Source of the DNA: a virus
Taxonomy: Duplodnaviria > Caudoviricetes
DNA length: 64,000 nt
Reading direction: 5' to 3' (one strand)
Virus record (IMG/VR): IMGVR_UViG_3300046028_009474
Span: 1,629-65,628 of that record
Below, piece by piece: positions 28,620-37,726 of the stretch. The notes beneath the pieces are model-generated. The model saw only the letters and a program-made list of their open reading frames with translations, did not search any database and had not been told where the DNA came from. The number at the start of each line of letters is the position of its first letter. Position 1 is the stretch's first letter. Made by a program: the position numbers and the translations under genes.

Positions 28620-29479
28620 AATATGTATGAATTATTAAAAAATGGTTGGGATGGATACGTTTCTTCTAGCGAGGTATTTCTTAATTGATATTTTTTTGGT
28701 TGATAAATAATATCTTTATTAATACAAGCGGTTAAACAGAACGATGAGTTGGAAGATATTATATTTTTTGATAAATGTAAACATGTCCAATCTATGTAGT
28801 ATTCATTTTGAATAAATTCTACATTAAATAAACTATCAATTTTTTTAATAAATGAAACTAATTCTAAACCCTGTTTTGTATCTTCTGAAAAAATAAAAAT
28901 ATTTTTTATATTTTTATGATGCTTCTTCATGTGGAGAATACACTTTTCGTAATAATTAAAAGGCAATCTTAAATCATAACCTAAATGTCCATTAAAATCT
29001 GTTCCCCTATAATGTATGGATATAGAATCTTGATGTAAAACTTTTTTTAAATTTGATTCTATATAATTTATTATGGACTTTTTAATTTTTATTTCATCAA
29101 AAAAAGAATAATTAGGGTATAATGGAACATTATAAAACCAACCAGAAAAATATATGTTGCTAGGTATTAGCAAACTTTTATCATTAAGAATTTGTAAAGA
29201 TTTTTTTAAATTTGCTTCATCTGATATTTTTAATTCATGAATATCAGAACTGAAAGATTCAGAAAAATAATTGATTAAATTATCTTCAGGATTACTTTTA
29301 AAATCCTCTAATTCAAAAACTTCATCTAAATTGGATTGTGTGGTAATTTTTAAATTAAAATTTCTTTTTTTGCTGAAATTATAACAAAATAATAAATGCG
29401 ATAGATGGTTTCCAAACGATTGATTTGGGCCATGAATTTTTAAATTATCCGAATTAAGAAAGATATTTTTTAATGCCAT
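28616..29479 (-). CDS. GT11 (alpha-1,2-fucosyltransferase-like) glycosyltransferase
   Basis: SFGNHL, SIHYRGTDF, LPFNYY, IFSED and SNSSF. Confidence 0.8.
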   Translation of the reverse strand: MALKNIFLNSDNLKIHGPNQSFGNHLSHLLFCYNFSKKRNFNLKITTQSNLDEVFELEDFKSNPEDNLINYFSESFSSDIHELKISDEANLKKSLQILNDKSLLIPSNIYFSGWFYNVPLYPNYSFFDEIKIKKSIINYIESNLKKVLHQDSISIHYRGTDFNGHLGYDLRLPFNYYEKCILHMKKHHKNIKNIFIFSEDTKQGLELVSFIKKIDSLFNVEFIQNEYYIDWTCLHLSKNIISSNSSFCLTACINKDIIYQPKKYQLRNTSLEETYPSQPFFNNSYIL

Positions 29480-30033
29480 TCTATAATTTCTTGATTTTTA
29501 TTTTGGAACCTTTTAATTATATTCTGTTTTTCTATTTCATGATTTTGATTATGAACATGAAATTCACAATATATTTTTTTGAATTTAATATTATTATTTA
29601 ATATTTGATTCAACACATCGTACTCCACGCCCTCGGCATCAAGCTTTAAAATACACTCTTCCGTGTCTATTTTAAATTCTTCAATGATATCTAGTATTGT
29701 AGTTGTAGATATATTATAATAATTAAATTCATCAACTTTGATATTCCATCGACCCAAGCTATCATTCATGAATTTTTCTCCCATTATGGTAGCTCCAATA
29801 CATTTATTTTCATCAGCTCTCGTCATTAAAGTGACATCTTTAACTTCTACATCAAGACCCTTTTTAATTAAAAAAGAATTTTTTATAGACTTAATATCTT
29901 CCTCCAAATCTTGCCAGCATTCTGGGTTAGCTTCTACAAAAATTTTTACATCTTCATCATTTATAATTTCAAAGTTTTTTAAGAAATTAAATCCAGCCAA
30001 ATTATTGCATCCTACATCTAAAATTGTTTTCAT
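29470..30033 (-). CDS. FkbM-family methyltransferase
   Basis: ILDVGCN, FVEANP, LKLDAEGVEY and EFH. Confidence 0.82.
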   Translation of the reverse strand: MKTILDVGCNNLAGFNFLKNFEIINDEDVKIFVEANPECWQDLEEDIKSIKNSFLIKKGLDVEVKDVTLMTRADENKCIGATIMGEKFMNDSLGRWNIKVDEFNYYNISTTTILDIIEEFKIDTEECILKLDAEGVEYDVLNQILNNNIKFKKIYCEFHVHNQNHEIEKQNIIKRFQNKNQEIIEWH

Positions 30034-30923
30034 TTATTTATTAATTTTTTTATGTAATTTTTAAAGTTATTTTGTCCAAATTGTCTATAAGCTTTTAAAC
30101 AATTTTGTTTCATTAATTCTTCCTTGTCTTGAGGAATTTTATCAATAATATTAATTATATCTATATATGACAAATTATCAAATTCATCTTCTGGTATGGA
30201 AATTATTGTATTACTCCAATCCCATTCTGGTAAAACCCAATCATCTGAAATTAAAATAGGTATTGATCCAGCAGCTAAACTTTCCCAAAATCTTACAGAT
30301 GATGGTGATGATCCTCTTGGGCATAATGAAAACCTACTTCTTTCAAGAATATCTTTATACTCTTCTTCTTCTTTTTTTCTGTAATTTTCTATAGAGAATG
30401 AATTTGAATCTATATGGTAACTATCTCTGTAGATGATATTATTACCATTAATTTTATTTAGCATTCTTCCTCTAATTGGATGAGATGTATAAGTTCCTAC
30501 AAAAGATACTGGAATATTTTTATTTTTTGTATCATCAAAATTAAAACTACAGGTAAATGCTATTGGAATAATATTAATTCCTTTAGTAATGAAATTATTT
30601 TTATCATGTAATGGAGAAAATACAGTATTAATATTTAAAAATTTAAAAATATCAATAAGTCGCATATAGTCATCATGTTGGCAAATAGTAAAATTATTTT
30701 TTTGTTCTATATTTAATTTTGAAATTTCATTAATATAGTACTGCATTGGTTGTTTATTTGGAAAATCTAGCCAATTAGAATTTAGTATTTGCGTCCAAGG
30801 AATAGCAATATAATTAATATCCCGTTCATCTTTAAGCTTTTGAAAACATAAATATTCAACGGGAAATTTATCATATGGAAAAATATCTTCAAAATAAGAG
30901 TAAATCATATATTTATATATCAT
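30030..30923 (-). CDS. Exostosin-family (GT47) glycosyltransferase
   Basis: SFVG..SHPIR and SRFSLCPRG..SVRFWESL.AGSIPILISDDWVLP. Confidence 0.85.
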   Translation of the reverse strand: MIYKYMIYSYFEDIFPYDKFPVEYLCFQKLKDERDINYIAIPWTQILNSNWLDFPNKQPMQYYINEISKLNIEQKNNFTICQHDDYMRLIDIFKFLNINTVFSPLHDKNNFITKGINIIPIAFTCSFNFDDTKNKNIPVSFVGTYTSHPIRGRMLNKINGNNIIYRDSYHIDSNSFSIENYRKKEEEEYKDILERSRFSLCPRGSSPSSVRFWESLAAGSIPILISDDWVLPEWDWSNTIISIPEDEFDNLSYIDIINIIDKIPQDKEELMKQNCLKAYRQFGQNNFKNYIKKLINK

Positions 30924-31558
30924 TAAGCATTTAAAAAATCAAATACTTTTTGCATTAATTGTGTTTTGAGATTCAAGTTGGGAGAAAAATTTGCATGGAA
31001 AATATTCAATTCTTTAGGAAGTGTTATTTCACAATCCTCACTATACATTTTATTTAACATTCCAATAGTAAAGCATTTATAGTCAAATAAATCCCATTTA
31101 AGATTTGCGAATTGATCAATTGATAATAAATGATTAGCGCAATATTGATCATCTTTATGCAAATCTATATTAGATAGCAGTTCATTGAAAAATCTTACTG
31201 TTAAATCATTTTTAAAACATGCGAAAAATCCCATGCACACCCCAGATGAATCCCATTGAAAAACTATATCTTTATTTAATAAAGATTCTTTAATATAATC
31301 TTGTATATTATTACATATCAATACATCGCAATCAGAATGAATCATGATTTCACCTTCATTACATTGATTTAAACTATCAATAATATATTGTATTTTGCTT
31401 ACCATCGACTCTTTCCATCCATTTGAATGATAGTCACCAGAGCATTTTTGATCTATTTTTTTAATGATTAAATCTAAATTGCAGTTTTTAAAAAAAGATT
31501 TTAAAAAAATATCTAATAAATGTTTATGTGAATCACTATAGAATGTAAAAATTTTCAT
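30923..31558 (-). CDS. Nucleotide-diphospho-sugar transferase (GT77-like, GT-A fold)
   Basis: K..YI..L, HSDCDV (DxD), C.GFF, DDQ..N and FHAN. Confidence 0.75.
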   Translation of the reverse strand: MKIFTFYSDSHKHLLDIFLKSFFKNCNLDLIIKKIDQKCSGDYHSNGWKESMVSKIQYIIDSLNQCNEGEIMIHSDCDVLICNNIQDYIKESLLNKDIVFQWDSSGVCMGFFACFKNDLTVRFFNELLSNIDLHKDDQYCANHLLSIDQFANLKWDLFDYKCFTIGMLNKMYSEDCEITLPKELNIFHANFSPNLNLKTQLMQKVFDFLNA

Positions 31559-32259
31559 TGATATTTTTTTCTAATTGATAATACCTCATCTATTGCTTTT
31601 TGTAAAGTGTTTTTATCACTAGAAATCCCAGATGGATTTCTATAGTAAAGTCCAGAAATGATATTCATTTTACTTAATTTTCCCCCACCTTTTAACACTC
31701 TAAACCACATATCATAATCTGCACCAGAAAAATAGTTGATATCAAATACTCCAAATCTATCATGAATAGATTTTTTCCAAACTGGAAGGCAATGTGGCGA
31801 ATTATGAATTAATTGGTTTTCAAAAGTTCCATCTAATGCTGGATGAATTGTTTTAGATTCGCAATATTCAAAAATTTCATTTTCTTTATAACTAACTATA
31901 GTCTGTCCATAACAAACATCTGAATCTAAATTAGACTCTAAAAATTCAACTTGTTTTTGAAGTGAATTATAAGATCTTCTATCATCAAGATTCCAATTGC
32001 TTAATAGATCTGATGAAGATAGCTCTATTCCTTTGTTCCAGGCTTCATACACAGAACATTTTCCAATATTAATATATTTAATATTATTAAAAGATAAATA
32101 AGGTTTTATCGCAGATACTTCATCATCTGGAGAATCCGCATCCAATAAAAGAAATTCACATTCGTGAAAAATAGATTGTCTTTTTATATCAGTTAAAAAG
32201 CCATCAATAAATTTTCCACCTTTGAAAATTGATGTAATTATTGATGCTCTATACTTCAT
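31555..32259 (-). CDS. GT2-family glycosyltransferase
   Basis: SIITS, DADSPD, YEAWNKGI, NLDD and FD..ADYDMWFR. Confidence 0.88.
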   Translation of the reverse strand: MKYRASIITSIFKGGKFIDGFLTDIKRQSIFHECEFLLLDADSPDDEVSAIKPYLSFNNIKYINIGKCSVYEAWNKGIELSSSDLLSNWNLDDRRSYNSLQKQVEFLESNLDSDVCYGQTIVSYKENEIFEYCESKTIHPALDGTFENQLIHNSPHCLPVWKKSIHDRFGVFDINYFSGADYDMWFRVLKGGGKLSKMNIISGLYYRNPSGISSDKNTLQKAIDEVLSIRKKYQ

Positions 32260-32270
32260 GTCTATGCATG

Positions 32271-32298
32271 ATTATAAGCAATCTTCAAAAATCTTCAA
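32271..32298 (-). promoter_or_regulatory. sigma70-type promoter of the glycosylation operon
   Basis: TTGAAG-N16-TATAAT, 11 nt before the GT2 ATG. Confidence 0.6.
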
Positions 32299-33247
32299 GG
32301 CTTTCTTGAATATCTCTTAGCTCTGGAAGATGCGTAAACAATTCCTCTTGATCTACGAAAGTATCATCTAACCACTCGTCTTCATCTTCATCAATATCAT
32401 CATAGTCCTCAGAAGCTAAAGAAGACACTGGCTTGCTGCTCCAAAATTTACAACTCCAATAATTCGCTTTCCATTTTGGACCAACGTTAGTATCACATTG
32501 ATGTCTTGCTCGATAATTTTTACGCCGAGCAGGATCATCGCGTTTGATTTCCATGTTAGGATCTCCAAACTTTACAACAACAATGTTTCCTTTGTCATTT
32601 TTAACATAAACTCCGAATTTTTTATTCGATCCACTTGGAAGTCTAAATGGTTTATTGAGAGTTTTCTTTTCAGCTTCAGAATAATCAATATCTGATAAAT
32701 CGATATTTGCTTCGTCAAATAAATCTACTCCAGCTTTGATTAAATCAATTCGAGCGAGATCAAAATCAATTGAGTCAAACTTCCAGAAACAATCCTCTGG
32801 TTTTTCTTCATAGTAAGCTTCACTTCCAGATGCAACGTCTTGATCAGCAGACCTATAGGAATCTTTAACTTTTTCTCCACGAAGCATTTTTAAAAACATA
32901 TTAACTCTAGCCATTGCCCAACTGCTTCTACTTTGACCTGGACGATGAGAGAAAGAAAATGCCCCAAGACCTCTTCTATAGATTTTCTTCAGTTGAGATA
33001 AGGAAACTTTCTTATCATGATTTTCATTATGAAATCTTACTTTTTCCTGTAAAGAATTTATGATTTTTTCAGCAAATTCAATTTTACCACCATCTTCTCC
33101 AGCTGATCCTTTAGGATTTTTAGACGATCCTTTTTTACGTTCATCTGGAAGAGATGGAGTTTGCGCTGCGCTTTTTGGTCCAGATCTTTTTGCTGATTCT
33201 GAAGTGTCAAAGAGTTGTTTAATTCTATCTGAAAAATCTATTTCCAT
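32285..33247 (-). CDS. Two-domain basic viral protein (DUF5824-like plus DUF5754-like)
   Basis: IYRRGLGA..HRPG..WAMARVN and KKFGVYV..VKFGD..D.ARRKNYRARH..ANYWSC. The family names are recalled from memory and unverified. Confidence 0.55.
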   Translation of the reverse strand: MEIDFSDRIKQLFDTSESAKRSGPKSAAQTPSLPDERKKGSSKNPKGSAGEDGGKIEFAEKIINSLQEKVRFHNENHDKKVSLSQLKKIYRRGLGAFSFSHRPGQSRSSWAMARVNMFLKMLRGEKVKDSYRSADQDVASGSEAYYEEKPEDCFWKFDSIDFDLARIDLIKAGVDLFDEANIDLSDIDYSEAEKKTLNKPFRLPSGSNKKFGVYVKNDKGNIVVVKFGDPNMEIKRDDPARRKNYRARHQCDTNVGPKWKANYWSCKFWSSKPVSSLASEDYDDIDEDEDEWLDDTFVDQEELFTHLPELRDIQESLEDF

Positions 33248-33256
33248 AAATATTAA

Positions 33257-33261
33257 TACAC
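33257..33261 (-). promoter_or_regulatory. GTGTA putative phage promoter
   Basis: GTGTA-TTAATATTT-ATG; 9 nt spacing. Confidence 0.55.
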
Positions 33262-33286
33262 TTTTTTTTAAATAATTTAACTGGAA

Positions 33287-34981
33287 TTATGCTTGGCATG
33301 ATTCGCAGTTGAGAATGGATCTGGCTAATTCTTGTGCTGGGTTAGCGCTCTTTTGATAATACAAACCTTTGATTCCTTGCTCCCATGCAAAAATCATAAG
33401 TTGATTAACTTCTTTAGCGGATGCCGAAGGAGGAATCATGATGTTCAAACTCTGTCCTTGGTCGATGTATTTTTGACGCTGAGCAGCTTGAATGATGATT
33501 TCTTTTTGAGAGATTTCTCCAAAAGTTTTGAAAGTAGCTTTTTCATTTTCAGACAAGAAATCTAAATGAGCAACAGATCCACCTCTAATTAAAATAGATT
33601 TCCAAACTTCTGCGGAGTTTTGATTTTTTTCAATTAGTAATTTTTCCAAATAGGGATTTTGATAGGAAAAGTCTCCCTTGGCTAGTCCTTTAACAAAGTA
33701 GTTTCCATTTAAAGGTTCGATGCCCTGAGACACTTGACCAAGAATGAAACTGGAGCTTACTGTTGGAGCAACAGCGATTGTAGTTACATTGCGACGACCA
33801 TAGCCTTCGAGTAACGCTGGTTCGCCATAGATCTCAGCTAATTGCTCAGTAGCCGCATCAGCACGATTTCTGATCGTTTTCCAAATTTGATTATTTAAAA
33901 TTTTAGCTTCCATTGATTCAAAAGGAATCATTTTAGATTGAAGCAGTGAATGCCAGCCAAGAACTCCAATGCCAAGCGCTCTTTGATTGATTGCAAAGTT
34001 GCGAGCATGAGTCATGAATGCCATGTTTTCAGTTTTATTAATAAACTCTGTCATGACAGCATCCAAGAAAAACACCATTGTTTCAACAGCATCAGTATCT
34101 TTCCACTCTTCCCACTTATCAAGATTCAGAGATGATAAATTACAAACAAAAGATTCTGTTGGAGAATCAGCGAGCATAATTTCATTACAGAGATTTGAAT
34201 GACTGATTTTTAAATTTTTATCTTTATAAACTTGAGGAGCTTGATCGTTAGCATTGTCAGAGAAAAAGATATACGGATATCCGCTTTCAAATCTCTTTTG
34301 AATCACAAGGCCCCAAATTCTTCTGTTCTCCTTGTTTCCATCAATCATATCCTGCATCCATTGATTAGAGACACAAACTCCAATTGAGAGTTCCTGAATG
34401 TCATTTCCTTCAGATTTAATCTTTAAGAACTCTTCAATATCACCATGATCAATTGGAAGGTATGTTGCGCAAGCTCCTCTTCTAGTGTTTCCCTGAGAAA
34501 CAACAGTCATCATCTTATCGTAGAGTTCCATGAAATGAACTGAACCCGTTGATTCTCCACCAGATGAAATTTTAGATCCTCTAGGACGAACATTGCCAAA
34601 GAATGCGCTAGTGCCTCCTCCAGACTTTGTCATCATGCTGATTTCAGCAAGTTTGTGACCAGTAATAGACTCTATAGAATCTTCTAGGTAAGTTCCAAAA
34701 CAAGAAATTGGAAGACCTCTTTTTCTGCCAAGATTAGACCAATTAGGAGATGATAGTGAATAAAATCCACGCTCAACATAGTCAGCAAACTTCTCAGCAA
34801 AGCTTTTGCATTTGAGGTAAGCATTAACTTTAGCAATGCAATCTCCGCTTACAGACAAAAGACTTTCTGCTGTTTGTGCAACATCAGATATTCTTTGCTC
34901 AGCAGTTTCGCCGTCCATCAAGTAGCCACTGCTTAAAAATTTGCGAGAATCTGCATTGAGCCAGTAAATATTTTTTTCCAT
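33287..34981 (-). CDS. nrdA: Ribonucleotide reductase class I alpha subunit, compact and without an ATP cone
   Basis: PISCF, GGGTS, SQG..RRG, SNLCNEI, VCNLSS, APT.SSS, GLYY and a C-terminal CESC. Confidence 0.95.
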   Translation of the reverse strand: MEKNIYWLNADSRKFLSSGYLMDGETAEQRISDVAQTAESLLSVSGDCIAKVNAYLKCKSFAEKFADYVERGFYSLSSPNWSNLGRKRGLPISCFGTYLEDSIESITGHKLAEISMMTKSGGGTSAFFGNVRPRGSKISSGGESTGSVHFMELYDKMMTVVSQGNTRRGACATYLPIDHGDIEEFLKIKSEGNDIQELSIGVCVSNQWMQDMIDGNKENRRIWGLVIQKRFESGYPYIFFSDNANDQAPQVYKDKNLKISHSNLCNEIMLADSPTESFVCNLSSLNLDKWEEWKDTDAVETMVFFLDAVMTEFINKTENMAFMTHARNFAINQRALGIGVLGWHSLLQSKMIPFESMEAKILNNQIWKTIRNRADAATEQLAEIYGEPALLEGYGRRNVTTIAVAPTVSSSFILGQVSQGIEPLNGNYFVKGLAKGDFSYQNPYLEKLLIEKNQNSAEVWKSILIRGGSVAHLDFLSENEKATFKTFGEISQKEIIIQAAQRQKYIDQGQSLNIMIPPSASAKEVNQLMIFAWEQGIKGLYYQKSANPAQELARSILNCESCQA

Positions 34982-35018
34982 GTTAGTTATAATGTCTTAT
35001 TAATAAATCTCTAGTTTT

Positions 35019-35990
35019 TTAGAATAAATCGTTTTCATCGAAACTCTTATTGTCTTTAGAATACTCTACTGGAGTACTGTAAAAGAAATCAGATGCTGTG
35101 TTTCCGTATAAACTCTCGTCAAACCATTTTGTTTTAGCAAGAAGTTCGTCGTCGATTGAGAAGGCTTTCTTGAATCCAATCAAACCAAATGATTCATTGA
35201 TTCTATTTTTCACAAATTCTTTAAGAATTGGGGCGGATAACAAATCTTCTTCGGCTCCATTAACAATCCAATCAATAATTTTAGACTCTGCAATCAGAGC
35301 TTCTTGAGCTTCGTGCAGAATTCTCGCCTCAAGTTCAGCATCAAATAATTCTGGGAACTCTTTTCTAATATCATTAATGATCTGAATCCCGATAAGACCA
35401 TGAATCATCTCTTCGTTTTTAGTATATCTAACCTGCTGATTAGTATCTTTTAGTAAGTTATTTTTACCGAACCAGTTAATAACATAAAACTGGCTAAACA
35501 GCGAAGCGTTTTCGACAAAGAGAGTGAATAGTATGATGCTATAAAGAAACTGCTTTTTAGAATCTTTGTAGAAACGATGAGTATACTTTTTCAAATACTT
35601 CACTCTTCCTTGAATCCAATCAAGCTTGAGGTTCTCCTCAAATACATCATTTAAATCAAGTATTGTTAGCAGTGCTTCATAAGCATTATTATGAACAACT
35701 TCTGTATTTGCCATTACAAAACCAAGATCTTGAATAGCTGGATGCGGAAGATTATCTCCTAATTTTGCCCAAAATGTTTTAACAGCAACTTCAATTTGCC
35801 CAATTGCAGACAATGTGCGAATGATGATTTCCCTGTCTCTCTCACTCAAGGAAACTTTAAAATCTTGAACGTCTGATTTAAAATTCCACCTTTTATGAGA
35901 CCACGCATTGTTATGCATAGCATCAATAAATTGCTCTGTCCAGGGATAAAGGTTGGGTTTTCTAGATACTTGTTCGTCAAAAATACTCAT
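35019..35990 (-). CDS. nrdB: Ribonucleotide reductase class I beta subunit (class Id signature)
   Basis: QIEVAVKTFW, EVVHNNAY, FVENASLFSQF, EEMIH and DFF..PVEY. Start placed at MSIFDE (35990). Confidence 0.93.
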   Translation of the reverse strand: MSIFDEQVSRKPNLYPWTEQFIDAMHNNAWSHKRWNFKSDVQDFKVSLSERDREIIIRTLSAIGQIEVAVKTFWAKLGDNLPHPAIQDLGFVMANTEVVHNNAYEALLTILDLNDVFEENLKLDWIQGRVKYLKKYTHRFYKDSKKQFLYSIILFTLFVENASLFSQFYVINWFGKNNLLKDTNQQVRYTKNEEMIHGLIGIQIINDIRKEFPELFDAELEARILHEAQEALIAESKIIDWIVNGAEEDLLSAPILKEFVKNRINESFGLIGFKKAFSIDDELLAKTKWFDESLYGNTASDFFYSTPVEYSKDNKSFDENDLF

Positions 35991-36001
35991 GGCTAATATC
36001 T

Positions 36002-36006
36002 TACAC
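36002..36006 (-). promoter_or_regulatory. GTGTA putative phage promoter before nrdB
   Basis: GTGTA-AGATATTAGCC-ATG; 11 nt spacing. Confidence 0.45.
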
Positions 36007-36082
36007 CATAGTCTAGGAATCAAGAATAGCAAATGGAATTTTTCTTTAATTTTGCCGTTGACAGATTAAAATTTGATATACA

Positions 36083-36310
36083 TAATACTGAGCGAAGCGA
36101 AGTATTACCGAGCGAAGCGAGGTTGCCGTTAAATTTGTAGATGCTCTGAATAATTAATTTGCTTCGCAAATTAATTAAAGATTTTTGAAAAAAATCTTTA
36201 TTCATTGCACTTTTTCACTTGAATTGTGGAACTGCACTAATATAATACTGAGCGAAGCGAAGTATTATACGAGCGAGAGCGAGTTTAAAATGAAAACGTA
36301 ACGCTTTTCA
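36083..36310. repeat. Cluster of direct repeats and GNA-loop hairpins (candidate origin or ssDNA structural element)
   Basis: ATAATACTGAGCGAAGCGAAGTATTA occurs twice (36082 and 36242). There are four GCGAAGC cores and perfect 11-12 bp palindromes at 36151-36177 and 36176-36200. Confidence 0.85.
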
Positions 36311-36379
36311 ACTACGTGCAAATATATTTTTACTTTATGTATAAATTTTACTTGACAGCATACAATTCTATGCTTAATT

Positions 36380-36655
36380 ATGTTAATGGACGAACCACAA
36401 CAAGAATATTTATGCTCTAGCGCTAACTGGGAGGTATCAGTATCGGCAAAATCTGCTGAAGAAGCAGCATCACTAGCAGTTCAAAAAATAGTCGATGGTT
36501 CAAAAGTTGTAAACTTTCCAATTGGAGCTATGATTGTTGTTATACCAATTGTGAAAGATCTGGAAAATTTACACATGATTTATGCTCCCAAAATCTTGGC
36601 AGACGTTGGTCTTCATGAATTCTCATCAGATTTAATCAAATTTATAAATGAATAA
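36380..36655 (+). CDS. Hypothetical protein
   Basis: 91-aa ORF, first gene of the + strand block, with TTGACA at 36352 upstream; it overlaps the dUTPase start. Confidence 0.65.
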   Translation: MLMDEPQQEYLCSSANWEVSVSAKSAEEAASLAVQKIVDGSKVVNFPIGAMIVVIPIVKDLENLHMIYAPKILADVGLHEFSSDLIKFINE

Positions 36656-37151
36656 ACTTAAAGTCAATAACATTTCTTTGATTAGCCCTCCATCTAATGG
36701 AGATGTTGGCTATGATATTTTCGCAAATTCAGAGCCAAATATTGTTGGTGAATACACTGAATCACTAGGCTATACTCACATTGATTACATTGAGTATGAC
36801 TCTGGATTGATTATTGATCCAGGGTCTGAGTATCATACTTTGCTTTTTCCCAGATCTTCAATTTCAACTAAAAATCTTGCTCTCTGCAATAGTGTTGGAG
36901 TTATTGATTCTAGCTATAGAGGAACTATCAAAGTAAGGTTCAAATACATTCCTTCTCCAGAAGATGTTAATAATATTGGACGATTCGTTGCTAGACACGC
37001 TATCGATGTTAATTCTCAGTATATTTATAAAAAAGGCGATAAAATCGCACAATTAGTTTTTCAGAAATCAAATTTCGTTGAGCTTGAACAGTGTGATTCT
37101 TTTGAACCAACACAAAGAGGAGAGGGGGGCTTTGGTAGCACAGGAGTATGA
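36648..37151 (+). CDS. dut: Trimeric dUTPase
   Basis: GYDI, FPRSS, NSVGVIDSSYRG, GDKIAQL and RGEGGFGSTG. Confidence 0.95.
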   Translation: MNKLKVNNISLISPPSNGDVGYDIFANSEPNIVGEYTESLGYTHIDYIEYDSGLIIDPGSEYHTLLFPRSSISTKNLALCNSVGVIDSSYRGTIKVRFKYIPSPEDVNNIGRFVARHAIDVNSQYIYKKGDKIAQLVFQKSNFVELEQCDSFEPTQRGEGGFGSTGV

Positions 37152-37726
37152 ACGATAGAATTATTGGAATTTGTGGACCAGCTAGAAGTGGCAAAGATAC
37201 TTTAGCTGATAGCTTCGTTGAAATTTTTAAAGAGTATAAAGTTAAAACTCAAAAATTATCTTTTGCTAAAGAATTGAAATATGAATGTAAAAGTTTTGTT
37301 AAAAAAACTTTAGGCATTGACATTTTTACAGAAGTTACAGAAGAAAAAGATATTATTCGACCGCTTTTAGTAACATGGGGAACTCACGTAAGGCGCAAAT
37401 TAAATGATAACGTTTGGATTGATGCTCTTGAAAAAAGAATGCATTCTAATAAAATAGTAATCATTAGCGATGTTAGATTTGAGAATGAATTTAATTGGGT
37501 AAAAAAACAAGGAGGAAAAATTATATTTGTTAATAGAACTCTTCCAGATGGAAGTTTAGTTCCAAATGCAAATGAAGAGGAGGAGAAAAACAATTCTTTC
37601 TTACAGCAAAATGCTGATTCGGCTTTTACATGGGACACTATGAATGATGAAAGATGGATTCAAGCTATTTCTCATACAATTTTAACAGGGATCGTTCCTA
37701 AAGATTGGATTAACCGTGGACTCTGA
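37148..37726 (+). CDS. Deoxynucleoside monophosphate kinase
   Basis: IIGICGPARSGKDT, SFA..LK, R..L..WG, W and ISDVRFENE. Confidence 0.88.
   Translation: MNDRIIGICGPARSGKDTLADSFVEIFKEYKVKTQKLSFAKELKYECKSFVKKTLGIDIFTEVTEEKDIIRPLLVTWGTHVRRKLNDNVWIDALEKRMHSNKIVIISDVRFENEFNWVKKQGGKIIFVNRTLPDGSLVPNANEEEEKNNSFLQQNADSAFTWDTMNDERWIQAISHTILTGIVPKDWINRGL

Noticed and set aside
22064-35990. Additional inteins or introns in dnaB, recA or nrdAB
   Set aside because: Lengths are normal, motifs are contiguous, and no Cys...HN/SN intein blocks were seen.
36020-36205. 61-aa ORF across the hairpin region
   Set aside because: Low-information peptide arising from AT-rich palindromes; the DNA structure explains the sequence better.
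36082-36284. Repeats as a CRISPR mini-array (a Cas4-like nuclease is present at 19989-21029)
   Set aside because: Only two 26-nt copies 160 nt apart, no regular repeat-spacer period and no cas1/cas2 or effector genes. The nuclease fits a replication-associated PD-(D/E)XK exonuclease.
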